A stretch of 64,000 nucleotides of DNA from Octopus sinensis (taxonomy: Eukaryota). The DNA is taken from the NCBI RefSeq assembly GCF_006345805.1, contig NC_043005.1:39742001-39806000 (forward strand), given 5' to 3'. The position numbers were made by a program, and so were the translations under genes. The notes under the pieces are model-generated. The model did no database searches, was not told the DNA's origin, and saw only the letters and a list, made by a program, of their open reading frames with translations. This document shows, piece by piece, positions 1 to 12,877 of this stretch. The stretch's first letter is position 1. Every line of letters begins with the position of its first letter.

Positions 1-370
1 ATTTATTTTACTATTACATGGTATTGCAAAGTTGTTGATCTTACGCCGTGCTTTCTTTCTTGTTTTTTTCTTATGTCTTTCTTTTTGTCCTCTACATTCA
101 TTTCAGACCTCCTTCTTCCAATATTATAGTTGTTTTTTTGTTTTTTTTGGAGAAATCCTATAAAATACTGAAGCTATTATACACCATCACACCCTCTTTC
201 ACTTTGAATTCACATACTCAACTTACATCCAGACATATTCATTTTGCGACACAGTCATGCTGCACGGACACTCTTTTTGTACTAGCTTATCACTTCGGAG
301 AAAGTTACAACTTCCGTCTCCTTTCCCACAGATTCTGCGTTTGTTCTCTAAGTTTTATCAATCTTTGACT
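1..370 (-). mobile_element. Highly decayed R4/Dong-like LINE fragment (zinc knuckle / RLE endonuclease region)
   Basis: Broken minus-strand reading gives KLVQKEC..HDCVAK, IL*DF and INNFAIP, resembling the R4/Dong C.KLAQKEY..RHD.VAK..ILWDF..IIDFAIP stretch; lies close to (TAA)n. Confidence 0.5.
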
Positions 371-406
371 TTATCAAATTCTTTTTAATGGCTTGTTCCT
401 GAGAGA

Positions 407-475
<69 letters not shown>

Positions 476-652
476 GTTATTATTATTATTATTATTGTTG
501 TTGTTGTTATTGTTATTATTATTATTAGTATTATTATTATTACTATTATTATTATTATTACTATTATTAATATTATTATTATTATTATTTCTATTATTAA
601 TATTTTCATTTTTATTATTATTATTGTTATTATTGTTGTTGTTATTGTTTTA

Positions 653-712
<60 letters not shown>

Positions 713-740
713 CGTTATTGTCATTATTCCTATTATTATT
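407..740. repeat. (ATT)n/(GTT)n microsatellite
   Basis: Direct read. Confidence 0.97.
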
Positions 741-1119
741 TGCTTTCCTCTTTCTACCTCAACACTCTTCATAATCATAAAAGTAATTCAAGTACAAATA
801 AGCTATTTTTGTTTGAAACATAACATTTAGATAAGCGAACAGTGAAAGGACATTTTTTGGTTAAAAATCAGTTGGGGTTCCTTCAATTCAAGATTTAATT
901 AGAAGACTTTTGTTGTTGAATCAAAAGCTTTCTGTGTTTCTATGATTTCGAAAAATCGATCCATTGAACAAAGAAAAATATGTAAAAAAAAAAAAGAAAG
1001 AAAGAAAAAAGAATAATAAATAAATGAGAATAATAAATAAAAAGTAAACTAACATAAAACGGATAACAGATGGTGATAACTTATTAATAAAAAATGATTA
1101 TAACAAATAACAATGACGG

Positions 1120-1129
1120 CTATAATAAC

Positions 1130-1182
<53 letters not shown>

Positions 1183-1259
1183 TAATAATAATGATAATGA
1201 TAACAATATTAATAATAATAATAATAATAATGACGATGATGATGATGATGATGATGATG

Positions 1260-1295
<36 letters not shown>
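1120..1295. repeat. (AAT)n(GAT)n(AAT)n compound microsatellite
   Basis: Direct read. Confidence 0.97.
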
Positions 1296-1529
1296 GCAAT
1301 CTGTTGATAATATTAATAAATATATGAAACAACTTTTACAAATAAATACTTGTTTGTAATGAATTGTGACAACATAAATAAAATACAATAAAATAAAGCA
1401 GTAAAAATTCAACTACAACAGCAAAAACAACAGTATAAAAATAAGAAAAATCAAGAACTGATTTTCTTTATTCTTATTATTCTTTATTATTTTATGTCGT
1501 GTTTTATTACTAGTATTATTATAGCCGTT

Positions 1530-1549
1530 GTCTTACTATTGTTATATTA

Positions 1550-1589
<40 letters not shown>

Positions 1590-1670
1590 CATTATATTAT
1601 TATTATATTATTATTATCATTATATTATTATTATCATATTATTATTATTATTATTATTATATTATTATTA

Positions 1671-1701
<31 letters not shown>

Positions 1702-1708
1702 GTTATTA

Positions 1709-1740
<32 letters not shown>

Positions 1741-1844
1741 CTATGTTTGACTTTTGCTTTATGTTTGTACAAGTTGGCTCCAAGTCTCACCCAGAGACCA
1801 TTATTATTATTATTATCATTATTATTATTATTATTATTATCATC

Positions 1845-1922
<78 letters not shown>

Positions 1923-1990
1923 ATCATTATTATTATTATTATTAGTTGTATTCTTGTTGTTGTTTTTGCTGTTGTTGTTGTTGCTGCTGG
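1530..1990. repeat. (ATT)n/(GTT)n compound microsatellites
   Basis: Direct read. Confidence 0.95.
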
Positions 1991-2332
1991 TGCTCGTGGT
2001 GGGAGAGATGGTGTGATAATAAACCAAAGTATTTCAATATTCAAGTTTGGTAATTATTCTTGTCAAAACAAATTGCTATAAGATGTGTGTCAAATAATGT
2101 ATCGTATTTGGTTGAGTGTTTCCAAACATAATGATGCCAGCTGTTTGTTTGTTGCTTGATTCTTTGTATTGTGGTTACAAACAAATTTCCCGAGGAATCT
2201 AAAAGCCATCTTGAGACCATGCTTACACAATGGAGATTGTTTTCCTGTGCCAGCCAGTTGACACTTTTCCATTTTAAACGTAGATATGTCTGTGTGAGTG
2301 GAGAGACGGAGAAGTAGTGCTTCTTGGCATTC

Positions 2333-2353
2333 ATATATATATATATATATATA

Positions 2354-2438
<85 letters not shown>

Positions 2439-2456
2439 ATATATACATACATACAT

Positions 2457-2522
<66 letters not shown>
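2333..2522. repeat. (TA)n then (GATA)n microsatellite
   Basis: Direct read. Confidence 0.97.
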
Positions 2523-2523
<1 letters not shown>

Positions 2524-2871
2524 TATGTATGCATTTATGCATGTATGTATGTATGCTTGTAAGAATGTACGTATGTATACATGTATATATGTATGTATTT
2601 CTCAGTCTGCCTGCCTGCCTGCCTGTCTCACTGTATTTTAGATAGACAGACAGACAGACAGATGATAGACAAACACAGACAGATAGATAAATAGATAAAC
2701 TGAGAGACAGGCAGACAGACAGGCAAACAGACACATAGGCAGGAAAGATACGGTGAGACAGGCAGGCAGGCAGGCAGGCAGACAGACTGACAAATACATA
2801 CATATATACATGTATACATACATACATTCTTACATGAATACATACATACATGCATAAATGCATACATATAT
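2521..2871. repeat. Inverted repeat, arms ~2521-2636 and ~2748-2871
   Basis: Arm 1 (atgcatttatgcatg...taagaatg...ctgcctgtctcactgtat) is the reverse complement of arm 2 (atacggtgagacaggcag...cattctta...catgcataaatgcat). Confidence 0.9.
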
Positions 2872-3737
2872 ATACAGGTGGTGAGGCTCCCGTTTGAGAG
2901 TTCTAGAATTGTGGTGAGCATAGTCATTCTTTAATTACCTTTAATGCTAGATCTGACCCAGAAAGGTAGCACCTGCCAAGCTCCCATCTATGGGCTTAAA
3001 TAGTTTTTCCAAGGGTAGAGGAGACTCAGATTATTTTCGACAAATCCGTGGGAAAGGCAGCTCTTCGAGGAGAAAGATACTCTGACATAAAACATACAAT
3101 CAAAATAGTACGTCATTTCGCAGTGCTTGCTAATGGACCTACTATGGCGACTGAGATGGCGATAAAAGTGGTGTGTGTGTGTGCGCGTGTGTGTTTGTAT
3201 GATCGTATATATATATATATATATATATATAGTACAATAATAGACAGAATTTTCTTGATACAGTATAATTCAACCACGGTAGTGGTTGAATATATTTTTA
3301 AGTCCACCATTTCGTCAATCGCAACAGCTTCCAAGCTTCACCACTAATTCAGTTCTCAACTACATTGCAAACTGTTAATAGTTTAAAAGAGGACGCCTCC
3401 TCAGCTACACTTAAGCATAAATAGTTTGAGATTTGGTTCAGTTGATAAAAAGTTACATCAAAAGATCTGCGACCACAAGGGGGTTAGTAAGGCAGATATT
3501 CATCTTCAATTAACATAAATTTTTAAATTTTTAATTAAAAGTATACTTTTCTTATGCTTAAGTGGTACAAAAATGCATGAGGAATTCAGAATCAATAGTC
3601 ATATTGAACAAAAATTAGTAGAAAAGGTGTTATGAGGTAAAATGTTACGAAATTTCATGTCAGTAAGTAAGGAAGGAAGTAACGCTTAGTCAATATGAAT
3701 AAAGAATATATTTCTAAAATGAATGTTTGCATTTCAA

Positions 3738-4035
3738 GACGGTGAGCTGGCCGAATCGTTAGCGTGTCGTGTTGAACACCTTATCAGTATTTCGTTTGTC
3801 TTTACATTTTGAGTTCAAATTTCGCTGAGGTCGACTTTCACGTACTGATTATTTTATTAACTTTTAAACTAAACACTTTCAAACTTCTGTTATTGATAGA
3901 ATGTGTCATAGAATAGAGTTTACTCATAACGTTTTTGACAAAATTTTGTCTTTTAGAAGCGTTATTTCGTTTGTCTTTATGTTCTGAGTTCAAATTCTGC
4001 CGAGGTCTACTTTGCATTTCATCCATTTCGGAGCT
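3738..4035 (+). mobile_element. Two fragments of tRNA-derived SINE family A interleaved with a duplicated ~100-bp segment
   Basis: ggtgagctggccgaatcgttagc...gagttcaaatttcgctgaggtcgacttt, and again at 3963-4031; the 3868-3965 segment recurs at 4079-4178. Confidence 0.8.
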
Positions 4036-5034
4036 ATTCAATTAGACGTACAGATTATTTAGCTAATTTTTTTTAAAATAAACACTTTCAAACTTCTGGT
4101 ACGGGTAGAATGTGTCACATAGAACAGGGTTTACTCTTAAAGTTTTTGACAAAATTATGTATTTTAGAAGTCATTTCGTCAGAGTGTTACAGAGGGACAA
4201 TGGACAAATACGTGTTTGATAAGAGCCAATACACGAATCTCTCAACTTTTGAGTTACTCTCTAACTTCTGCCGATGATATATAAATATATTCCATATATG
4301 TGTAAAAATTTTCATCACGCAATCAAACCAATGAAAGAGCCTCTACTTGGTCGCTCGACACGCTAAAAATAGCAGCCAAGGTATCCCCCTACCTAAATCA
4401 CACGCCCATTGTATGTAATGTCCTAGATTATCCCTAAAAAGACGGAATGTCTTTGATAATAGGTTTGCAGTTTCAGGGTTGATTTGAGGCTAAATAACAA
4501 CATTATGGTAAATCTCTATATTAACACACGCACGATTTTCACTGAGAAAAAACAACAACAAAGTTGATTTTTTGCGTGGAATTAAGTACCCTGACATCCT
4601 AATATGCTATAAATCCTTTATTTTGGTTCGAAACAAAAGAGGTGGAGGGGTCCACCCCAATCCCGGAATCATTGGAATTTTTTGCTTTGAATTAATTCCT
4701 GTGACCTCCTAATATTGAAAAATTAGGTTACTTAAGGTGAGCCTAGTAACTGATGGTTTTGGGGTCTTGTTGCTTGTAACTTTTGGTGAGCCATGAAGAA
4801 ACCAACAACTTGATAAAAATCCTTGCCATTAATTTGGTGTGGATGGGTAATATCAAATAATTTAATCACAACATATATTTAAATTAAACATGGAAAAAAA
4901 AACATTGAAATATTATCATCACTTATATGAAAAATTGAAATATCATTTTTCAGTATTTTATAAGGTAAAATCATAAATTATCAAGTGACACATTATTAAA
5001 TATCTTATAACAGCAATGCCTGGAAAAATCATGG

Positions 5035-5542
5035 ATTACATGGAAAAATACGAGCATGGAAAGTAATATTCTTAAGATTATAAAGCTGGAAAAGTACAGG
5101 ACACGTTATTACACCTGTAAATGTATAGGACAATATATTATTTCTAATAAAGTAAAGAATAAAAACATTTTACTAAAAATATTGCAGCTAAAATTAAAAT
5201 TTGAATATTAAAAATTATTTTATTATAGTTTACAAATAACACTATACTTATTTAAGTAGACTTTGGCTAATTTACTATCTTAAATACAGAAAAAAGTGAG
5301 TAATTAGACAAACTTACAAATTAGCTGAACAGTTTTGTACAAGATGAGAACTGTGAAGCGTGATAAATGAAAACAGCTGGCATTCTTTGCTGCAATATTT
5401 TAAATAAAAGTTTCTTATTCTTTACTTTACTAGAAATAATAGCTTGTCCTATACTTTTACAGGTGCAATAACTTGTCCTGTACTTGTCCAGTTATATAAA
5501 CTTAAGACTATTAATTCTCATGCTCGCATTTTTCCATGTAAT
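5035..5542. mobile_element. MITE-like element with ~154-bp terminal inverted repeats (5035-5188 / 5389-5542)
   Basis: attacatggaaaaatacgagcatg...tattgcagc is the reverse complement of gctgcaata...catgctcgcatttttccatgtaat; no coding capacity. Confidence 0.8.
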
Positions 5543-5627
5543 TATATATATGTACCACTACACCACTACATACACCACCTGTCTTCCTATTTTTTTTGTG
5601 AATTCTCCCTATATATATTATATATAT

Positions 5628-5673
<46 letters not shown>

Positions 5674-5676
5674 TAG

Positions 5677-5710
<34 letters not shown>

Positions 5711-5735
5711 AAAGAGAGAGAGACCCACAAATATA

Positions 5736-6609
5736 CGAGTTCTGATCAATATGTAGCCGGACTGTTGCTAAAGTAACGAACCAAAAGCACGCAGAATAAA
5801 GCTGCTAGGCACAGGTTGAGCTTGAACTCTGCTGTGCATGTTCTAGCTTCGCTGTTTATAGCAGTACTTGGAAGGATAGCGTGTAGCGTGTGATCGCCGC
5901 ATTGACTATGACAGAGAGAGTTGAGCAGAGAATTTGCATCAAAATTTGTCAAAAGCTTGGCGATATCTGCCCATAGGCCTACGCAACGTTTTCAAAAAGT
6001 TTTCATCGTTCTCGACACAATGAAGGAGATCTTGTGCTACTGAAACCTGAGTGTCTTTTTAGAGTCAGCTGAAAGCAGTTTAGGCACAAACTTGGCAGAC
6101 ACGCATCTCATACTCAAATCTTCAGTGATAATGGACTGAATTGAACCGTAACTAATCTGTACATCCTCTGATAACTCACGGATGCTGATTCGACGATCTC
6201 CTCTCACAGCTGCACGGACGTCTGCGATGTTTTTCTCAGTTTTGCTGGTTGCGGGTCTTCCAGAACGTTCGCAAAATCGACATCTTTTCGGTGACCTTGG
6301 GCACATCTGAACCATTTGTACACCTGTGTGCGACTCATACACTCTTATCCACACACTTTCTACAACTTTGCGTAGGCCTCTGAACAGGTGTCACAATGAC
6401 AACTTTCACTGTCATGGTCAATGCGACGATCACACACTACGCACATCCCTTCCAAGCACTGCTATAAACAGCAGAAGTGAGCTAGAACGATAAAATTTAG
6501 TGCGCATGCACAGCAGAGTTCAAGGTCAGTCTTTGCCAAGTGGCTTCACACTGCGTGATTTAGCTTCGTTACTATGTCAACAGTGCAGACACTTATTAAT
6601 CGGAACTCG
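5736..6609. mobile_element. Mariner-derived palindromic non-autonomous element (two left ends in inverted orientation)
   Basis: TA|cgagttctgatcaata ... tattaatcggaactcg|TA; ~260-bp diverged inverted arms that include the transposase start (MTERVEQRICIKF on +). Confidence 0.85.
6037..6354 (-). pseudogene. Mariner transposase N-terminal (HTH) fragment
   Basis: RSGRPATSKTEKNIADVRAAVRGDRRISIRELSEDVQISYGSIQSIITEDLSMRCVSAKFVPKLLS (GRP motif, second HTH, WVPHEL-equivalent FVPKLL). Confidence 0.88.
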
Positions 6610-6944
6610 TATATGCATGTATGTATCTTTATATGTGTATATGTTTGTATGTATATATGTATATATGTTTGAATGTATGTATAAACATATGTGTAAGTAT
6701 GTGTGTCTGCATGCGTTTATAATATAATCTTTAGGTGTATGTATGTTTGTATATATGCCTACATGCATGTATAAATGTTTGTATGCATGTGTGTATGTAT
6801 GTTTGCATGTATCTATGATTGTATGTATGCTTGTATGTATAAATATGAATATATATGTATGCTTGTATGTATAAGTATGAATATATATGTATCCTGTATA
6901 GTGTTCCGCGATCTGACTAGTCATTTACTTATTATTTCTGTAGC

Positions 6945-7250
6945 CTATTGTGTCCAATTCACTATTGCTCTCTTTTTGCCGAACCGCTAAATTACAGGGA
7001 CATAAACGAACCAACAGCAGCTGTCAGGCTGTGGTGGGTGCTAAGCACAAAGACACACAGACACACGTGTGTGTAATATGTATATATTATATATAGACGA
7101 TGGGCTTTTTTGTCAATCAAATCCACTCATGAGGCTTTGGTTAGCTCGGAAATATACTAGAAGACACTCGCTGAATTTTTCACGCAGTGGAACTAAATCC
7201 AGAACCATGTGATTAGGAAGCAAACGTCTTACCACAGAGCCACGCCTGCG
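6945..7250 (-). mobile_element. SINE family B, diverged copy
   Basis: Matches the copy at 34795-35189 (gccgaaccgctaa...ccactca..aggctttgg...gaaccatgtg...cttaccac). Confidence 0.85.
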
Positions 7251-8491
7251 TCTCTGTGTTACCACAAGGTCACGAGAGAGCACACTTTGTCCGTAGCCAA
7301 TGAAATGATCGTATTTTTATTACAAGTAAATATTTAGATGAGTTTGAAATGAATTTTAAATGACGTTCCGATTTCAAATCCTAACAAAATTGAACTCTGT
7401 TAGGATTTTAAATCGGAACGTTTAGTTGAGAAACTAAATACTGTTAGACAATCCAGCCGTATTTTTACCACCCTATCGATTCACCATTCACTCTAGCCCC
7501 TTGATATGCATTTGGTAAAAACACGAAATCAAAAATATTATTAAGAAAGCTACATATCATAGATTAAATATACCGTTGGAAATTTATTTATTGAGCCATT
7601 TAATTAGTTTATTCAATTTACTATTAATTTAAAGTTCCTTTTTACTTGTTTCTTTAAATGAATATTAAAACACGATATTAAATTTTATCCTATAAAATAA
7701 GATAAGATTTAGTGATAATTATATTTTATAACAAGTTTAAAATCTAATTGTAAATACTTAGATCTGAGGTACAGTGTATTTTTTGAAAGATTGAGCTGCC
7801 AAATTAAATTAAAGTTTAGATTTTTTAACTTAAAATAAGTACTCGTTGCTGAGCAACTTAATGGCGGTATAATTATACTCTAAACTTCCCGAATGTAAAA
7901 TAATTACTTAAGAACAAAACAAAAACGTGTCTGTTATAATTCCAAACATGTCTAGATAAGCAAATGATAGTTTATTTCGATGCTCACTGAAAATGTTCTC
8001 TTTTTACTTCTATTGAAGTTTTGTCCTGTGGTTTCTCACGTTTTTATTTATTTTATTTATATATTTATTTTTTGTTTGAAAAGGTGAATGTACGATAGTT
8101 AAAATGAGAGACATCGATATCAGTATTGTTGGCCACGCAATTAAACGTTTCTATCATCTCGTTTCTACCATTCTCTCTGTCACTGTCACTGTTTTCTGCT
8201 AGCATTTTCACTTGAATTACCGAAATTAAGTCTAGTCAATAGCATTGTAAGAGTGAAAAGCACAGACTCTAAAAAGAGAGAGAGAGAGTGGCAATAAGCG
8301 ACAGAGAGTTTTCGAAATGATGCGCAACTGGCGAGTGCTATAGATCAGCTTGTCGGTCTGTTGAACGAAAAGTTCAGTACGGTTGTAGATAAGGGCAGAA
8401 TGAATATTGGTGGCGGTGGTCAGACGGCGAAAACTGCAATATTTTGGTTACGTTATCGAAGCCTAGACGTTTTGTGTCTACATTGTCGTAA

Positions 8492-8535
8492 GCTGGAAGC
8501 ACGGACGCTGGAAGCACGGACGCTGGAAGCACGGA
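8492..8535. repeat. 15-bp tandem repeat x3 (gctggaagcacggac)
   Basis: Direct read. Confidence 0.92.
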
Positions 8536-9118
8536 AAACGGGATCGCAGGTGACATAGATGAAATAAGTGAGCTTAGTAGAGTGCACGGCTGCATCGCCA
8601 GGCCGCAGAATTTGGCAAAATGTGGTGGTTGTGTATGACGTAGCCGACCTTTAGCCATGAGGGTATTGATATTGATTTCAAATTTTGTATATCTAGGACT
8701 GCGTGTCTCAGTGCAGCCGTCCTTATTTTAAGGCGGTAGCGAGTGATTGGAAGAAGAGTGAACTATTTCTAGCAGGATGGACAGCCACTTAGAGGTTTAC
8801 ACGTAGGCTCGATACTTGTCCATTTAAAAATGGAGGGTCTGTAAAGATCGTCTCGAGCTTGTTTAGGATTCAGTTCCATTTCTTTGAAAAGTGAACTGAA
8901 AGACTAAATGGTTGTATCACAATGTTTTAAAGAATGTCTATACTAAAATGGCCGCATGTAAAAGGGCTGGCCTCTTTTGGACGGGCGATAGGTTACAATC
9001 ATTGGCTTTGTGCATAAATCCAAACGAAGCAATATTCCCACGCTTCCTATTTTCATATGACCAAGGAAAAACCATTCCAGGAATTATCCTGGAGTGTTTT
9101 TATATTAATTGTACGAAA

Positions 9119-9330
9119 GGCGGTGACCTGGCACAATCATTAGCACACCGGACAAAATACCTTGGGCATTTTCGTCGAGCTTTACGCCCTGAGTTCAAAT
9201 TCCACCGAGGTTGACCTTGCCTTTCCTTTTTATGGAGTCGATAAAAGGAGTACCAGTCAAGTATTGCGGTCAATGTATTCAACTGGCCTCACTCGCCGAG
9301 TTTCAGATCTTGTGCCTATTGTAAAAAGTG
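9119..9330 (+). mobile_element. SINE family A, old-tail subfamily
   Basis: ggcggtgacctggcacaatcattagcac...gagttcaaattccaccgaggttgacc...agtaccagt...ttgtgcctattgta. Confidence 0.85.
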
Positions 9331-10226
9331 TATTAATTGTACGACTCAATATAAATCAGTATTCAGACTGCTTGCATATTCAAGGAGGTAAACCAAAATA
9401 TTTCACCAATAAACAAAATGTAAGTGATGAATAAATGGTACTAGTACGATTCATTGTATTTGTATATATGCGCATAATATATGGTACATCTGTATTTTGT
9501 ACGTGTGAGTATGCGCGAGACTGTATTTATGTCAATCATTTATGAACAATAATCATTGATGTAGGTTTCTTATGGGCCAATCATTAGATTGCAGATTTTT
9601 CTGGAGTGTGAATGACAACAAATATCTATGCTATCAGCTTTTGAATGCGTGTATCTCGTCGGCCGCAATGACCGTAGAAGTTCGCTCTAAATTCTGATAA
9701 TCGAATGTAGCAAGCTCATGTTCAAAGTAAGGGTCTTACCATGAAGTTTTAAAAGGTAGTAAACAATCATTAATACACAAGATGACGTCATTCATCGTGC
9801 CATGGTAGAACTACTCTCATTTTTGGACAAGCAGTATCTTTGCTACAGCAATCTACATCCTGTTTGTGGAAGCGGTTAACAACTTGTATTTATTGAAGCA
9901 TCATCTCCACCAACGGCATTAACACTAAATGCCTTCGTTTCGACTGCTGTTATGTCAGGTTGTCATTCATTATGATTCCATGCCGCTTTATTTCTTATTT
10001 ATCACTTTTCGTTGGCCAATTCGATGCCTGTTTCTGTTTGCCGATTTTGCAATTATGTTCCGTATTCTAAATCTTGATAACCAATTTTAGCAAAGCATGA
10101 TGTTAATTACAAAATTAACGGGCTATGAGAGATTAGTCAGGAAAATCGAGAAAAAATGATAAAAGAAGAATCAAAACTAATAACAAACAGATATAATAGC
10201 AAAGTCGAACAATTACGACAAAATGA

Positions 10227-10300
<74 letters not shown>

Positions 10301-10302
<2 letters not shown>

Positions 10303-10438
10303 AATGGAAGCACTCCGTCGGTTACGACGACGAGGGTTCCGGTTGATCTGATCAACGGAACAGCCTGCTCGTGAAATTAACGTGTAAGTGGCTGAGCACT
10401 CCACAGACACGTGTACCCTTAACGTAGTTCTCGGGGAT
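10301..10438 (-). mobile_element. SINE family C, 3' fragment
   Basis: Near-identical reverse complement of 54330-54469. Confidence 0.92.
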
Positions 10439-10439
10439 A

Positions 10440-10473
<34 letters not shown>

Positions 10474-10495
10474 ATAGCCACTGGACCATTGCCGG

Positions 10496-10548
10496 AGGAT
10501 CGCGGTTTCGATTCCCAGACCAGGCCTTGTGAGTGTTTATTGAGCGAA
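10496..10548 (+). mobile_element. SINE family C, head fragment (B box)
   Basis: aggatcgcggtttcgattcccagacc..ttgtgagtgtttattgagcgaa matches 54131-54183. Confidence 0.85.
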
Positions 10549-10937
10549 GATGATTAAAAAATACGAATTTTTGTACAGTGAGTATTTATATTTCAGCTTT
10601 CTTAAAACAGACAATATTTTAATTATTAAAAAGTAGTTTTAAGTGAATATGATTTAAAAAATACGAGTTGTTTGTGTAGAAAAATATTTATTTGTAGCTT
10701 TAATATTTTTATTTTTTTTTATTATTTTCAAATACCATTAAAAATATTTGGTGGGGCACATTTAAAACATATTTTTTAAGTGAAAACGACTTACAAATTG
10801 CAAATGTTTTGTACAGTGAGTATTTATATTTCAGCATTTTTTTTAACAGACAATATTTTAATTATTCAAAAGTACTTTTAAGTGAATATGATTTGAAAAA
10901 TATGAGGTTTTTTCAGTAAATATTAATATTAATATAT

Positions 10938-11050
10938 AGCTTTCTTTTAAACAGGCAATATTTTCAAGCTTTCTTTTAAACAGGCAATATTTTCAAGCTT
11001 TCTTTTAAACAGGCAATATTTTCAAGCTTTCTTTCAACAGACAATATTTT
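10938..11050. repeat. 29-bp tandem repeat, ~3.8 copies (agctttcttttaaacaggcaatattttca)
   Basis: Unit starts at 10938, 10967, 10996 and 11025. Confidence 0.92.
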
Positions 11051-11439
11051 AATCTTTTTAATTATTTTCAAGTAATACCATTATTTTTTTTATATATCTA
11101 AGACATTTTTAAGTAAAAATGACTTAAAAATTAAAAACTGTTGGTACAGTAAGTATTTATATTTGAGATTTCTTTAAACAGTCACTGTTTTAATTATTAA
11201 AAAGTATTTTTAAGTGAATATGATTTGAAAAATACGAGTTGTTTGTAGAGTAAATATTTATATATAGATTTCTTTAAACAGATAATATTTTCATTATTTA
11301 CAATTATTTTTCATTGATGATTTTTAAAAAAATTATTTCTTGAGGTAATAAAATTTTTTCTAATGTGAATACGATTTCACATTCTTTCCACATTAAGGAA
11401 AACAGGAAACAACTGGTTATTAGTTAGTAGGAAGAGAGC

Positions 11440-12340
11440 GCGGCTAAGGCGAGCCAAAGAAGGTCAGCAAGATAGTGGTCAATGGCAACAAGATTGGGAC
11501 AGGCATGCGAATAGAAGGATCGATAAGACTTATAAAGCAAGGGCTGAGCGTCTAGCGGAACAGAGGGAAAGAGACAGAAGCAGGAGAGATCATGAATCGG
11601 ATGCTCGGACAGCTTAGTGTCTGGCGGAACAGAGGGAAAGAAACACAAGCAAGAAAAATAATGAATTGGATGCTCGGAGTGTAGAACAGATGGAAAAAGG
11701 CAGAAGCAGGAGAGATCATGAATCGCATGCTCAGAAGGAGAGAGACAGAAGCATGGGAGATTATGAATCCGATGCTCAGAGAGCTGAACGTTTTTGCCAA
11801 CACATCATTAGGAATAGGGCAAGGACAATTCAACGACGTGACCTCTCTGCTGATATTGGACAGATGAATAAGAGCTGTGTCTTTTATCATGCAATGCGTC
11901 TTCATGGTGAAACTGCTAACTTTTGTTGTATGAATGGAAAAGTCAGGCTGAGGAATCTGCACCCTTTACCCCAGGAGCTTCACAATTCATTTAGTAATGA
12001 TCAACCTAGGGCAAACGAGTTCAGGAAGAACCTCAGACGATATAAATGCATGTTCTAAATTACATATTTTGGGACAGAAGTTCGTTCCTCAAGGAGTGGA
12101 TAGAATCCTATCGTTATTCACGGTCATCATTACATCGGTCTCTTAACTCCTAATCCCAACGAACAATACAATTTCTTCAAATTTGCTTCCTGGATCCTCA
12201 GGATAGTGTTGATTTCAGGATGAGGATACTCCATAACGATGGCAGTCAGCGCGACATAGTGGAATTATTGGAAATTATACTCAGATAATATAACCCTCAC
12301 GTTTCGAATGGCTATAGAACAAATTTATAATATTCCCGAA
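11440..12340 (+). pseudogene. Helitron RepHel N-terminal region (R/E-rich repeats and Cys motif)
   Basis: IGQMNKSCVFYHAMRLHGETANFCCMNGKVRLRNLHPLPQEL...EFRKNLRRYKCMF is typical of Helitron N-termini; 57-69-bp coding repeats at 11555-11780. Confidence 0.82.
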
Positions 12341-12877
12341 GCTTCAATTATTATTGATCCTGATTGGAAACCAGCTATAGCTGCGAAGAGCAGAGAGAAA
12401 GAAAAGGGCTGTGGAAAGCATAAAAACAAATCCCAAAGCTTTCTATAAATTCGCAAAGGAAACAGCAACAATACAATGTAAAAGAGGACCATTGTTCCAA
12501 GGGAATGACTCACTTATCCTTCTTGGCACAATTCCTGTCTATACTTGATCCATGGGTTCAGTTTGGTAAACGATGTACAAATAAGATGGTAGAAGGTTTT
12601 TCGAAAGTGATACTGTGTTTTTCTTTCCTTTTATACAGACTGTCAATTTAGCCTGCACACCCTGGATGTAAACTTCTATTTCGAAGTGGGAGCGCTAAGC
12701 AATGATATGTTTAAATGTAATGTTATTACCACTTTAAATATGCTTGTGGCACGTCTGGACAAATAAACAAGCCACGACAAAACACAGTGAATTGCTTGCT
12801 TATTAGTCCAAACTCCATACAAGCATATCTGAACTTTGATATGATATTGCAGCTCTAAAATAGGAGGCACCAGCTTC

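Noticed and set aside
385-2081. Long poly-I/L/Y/N ORFs
   Set aside because: Translations of trinucleotide microsatellites with no coding complexity.
9930-9960. Hammerhead-like gtcGAAAcg on minus
   Set aside because: No CUGANGA core at the required position.
10560-11330. Regularly recurring AT-rich repeats as a CRISPR array
   Set aside because: Degenerate tandem units without unique spacers, no cas genes, eukaryotic context; better explained as Helitron subterminal repeats.
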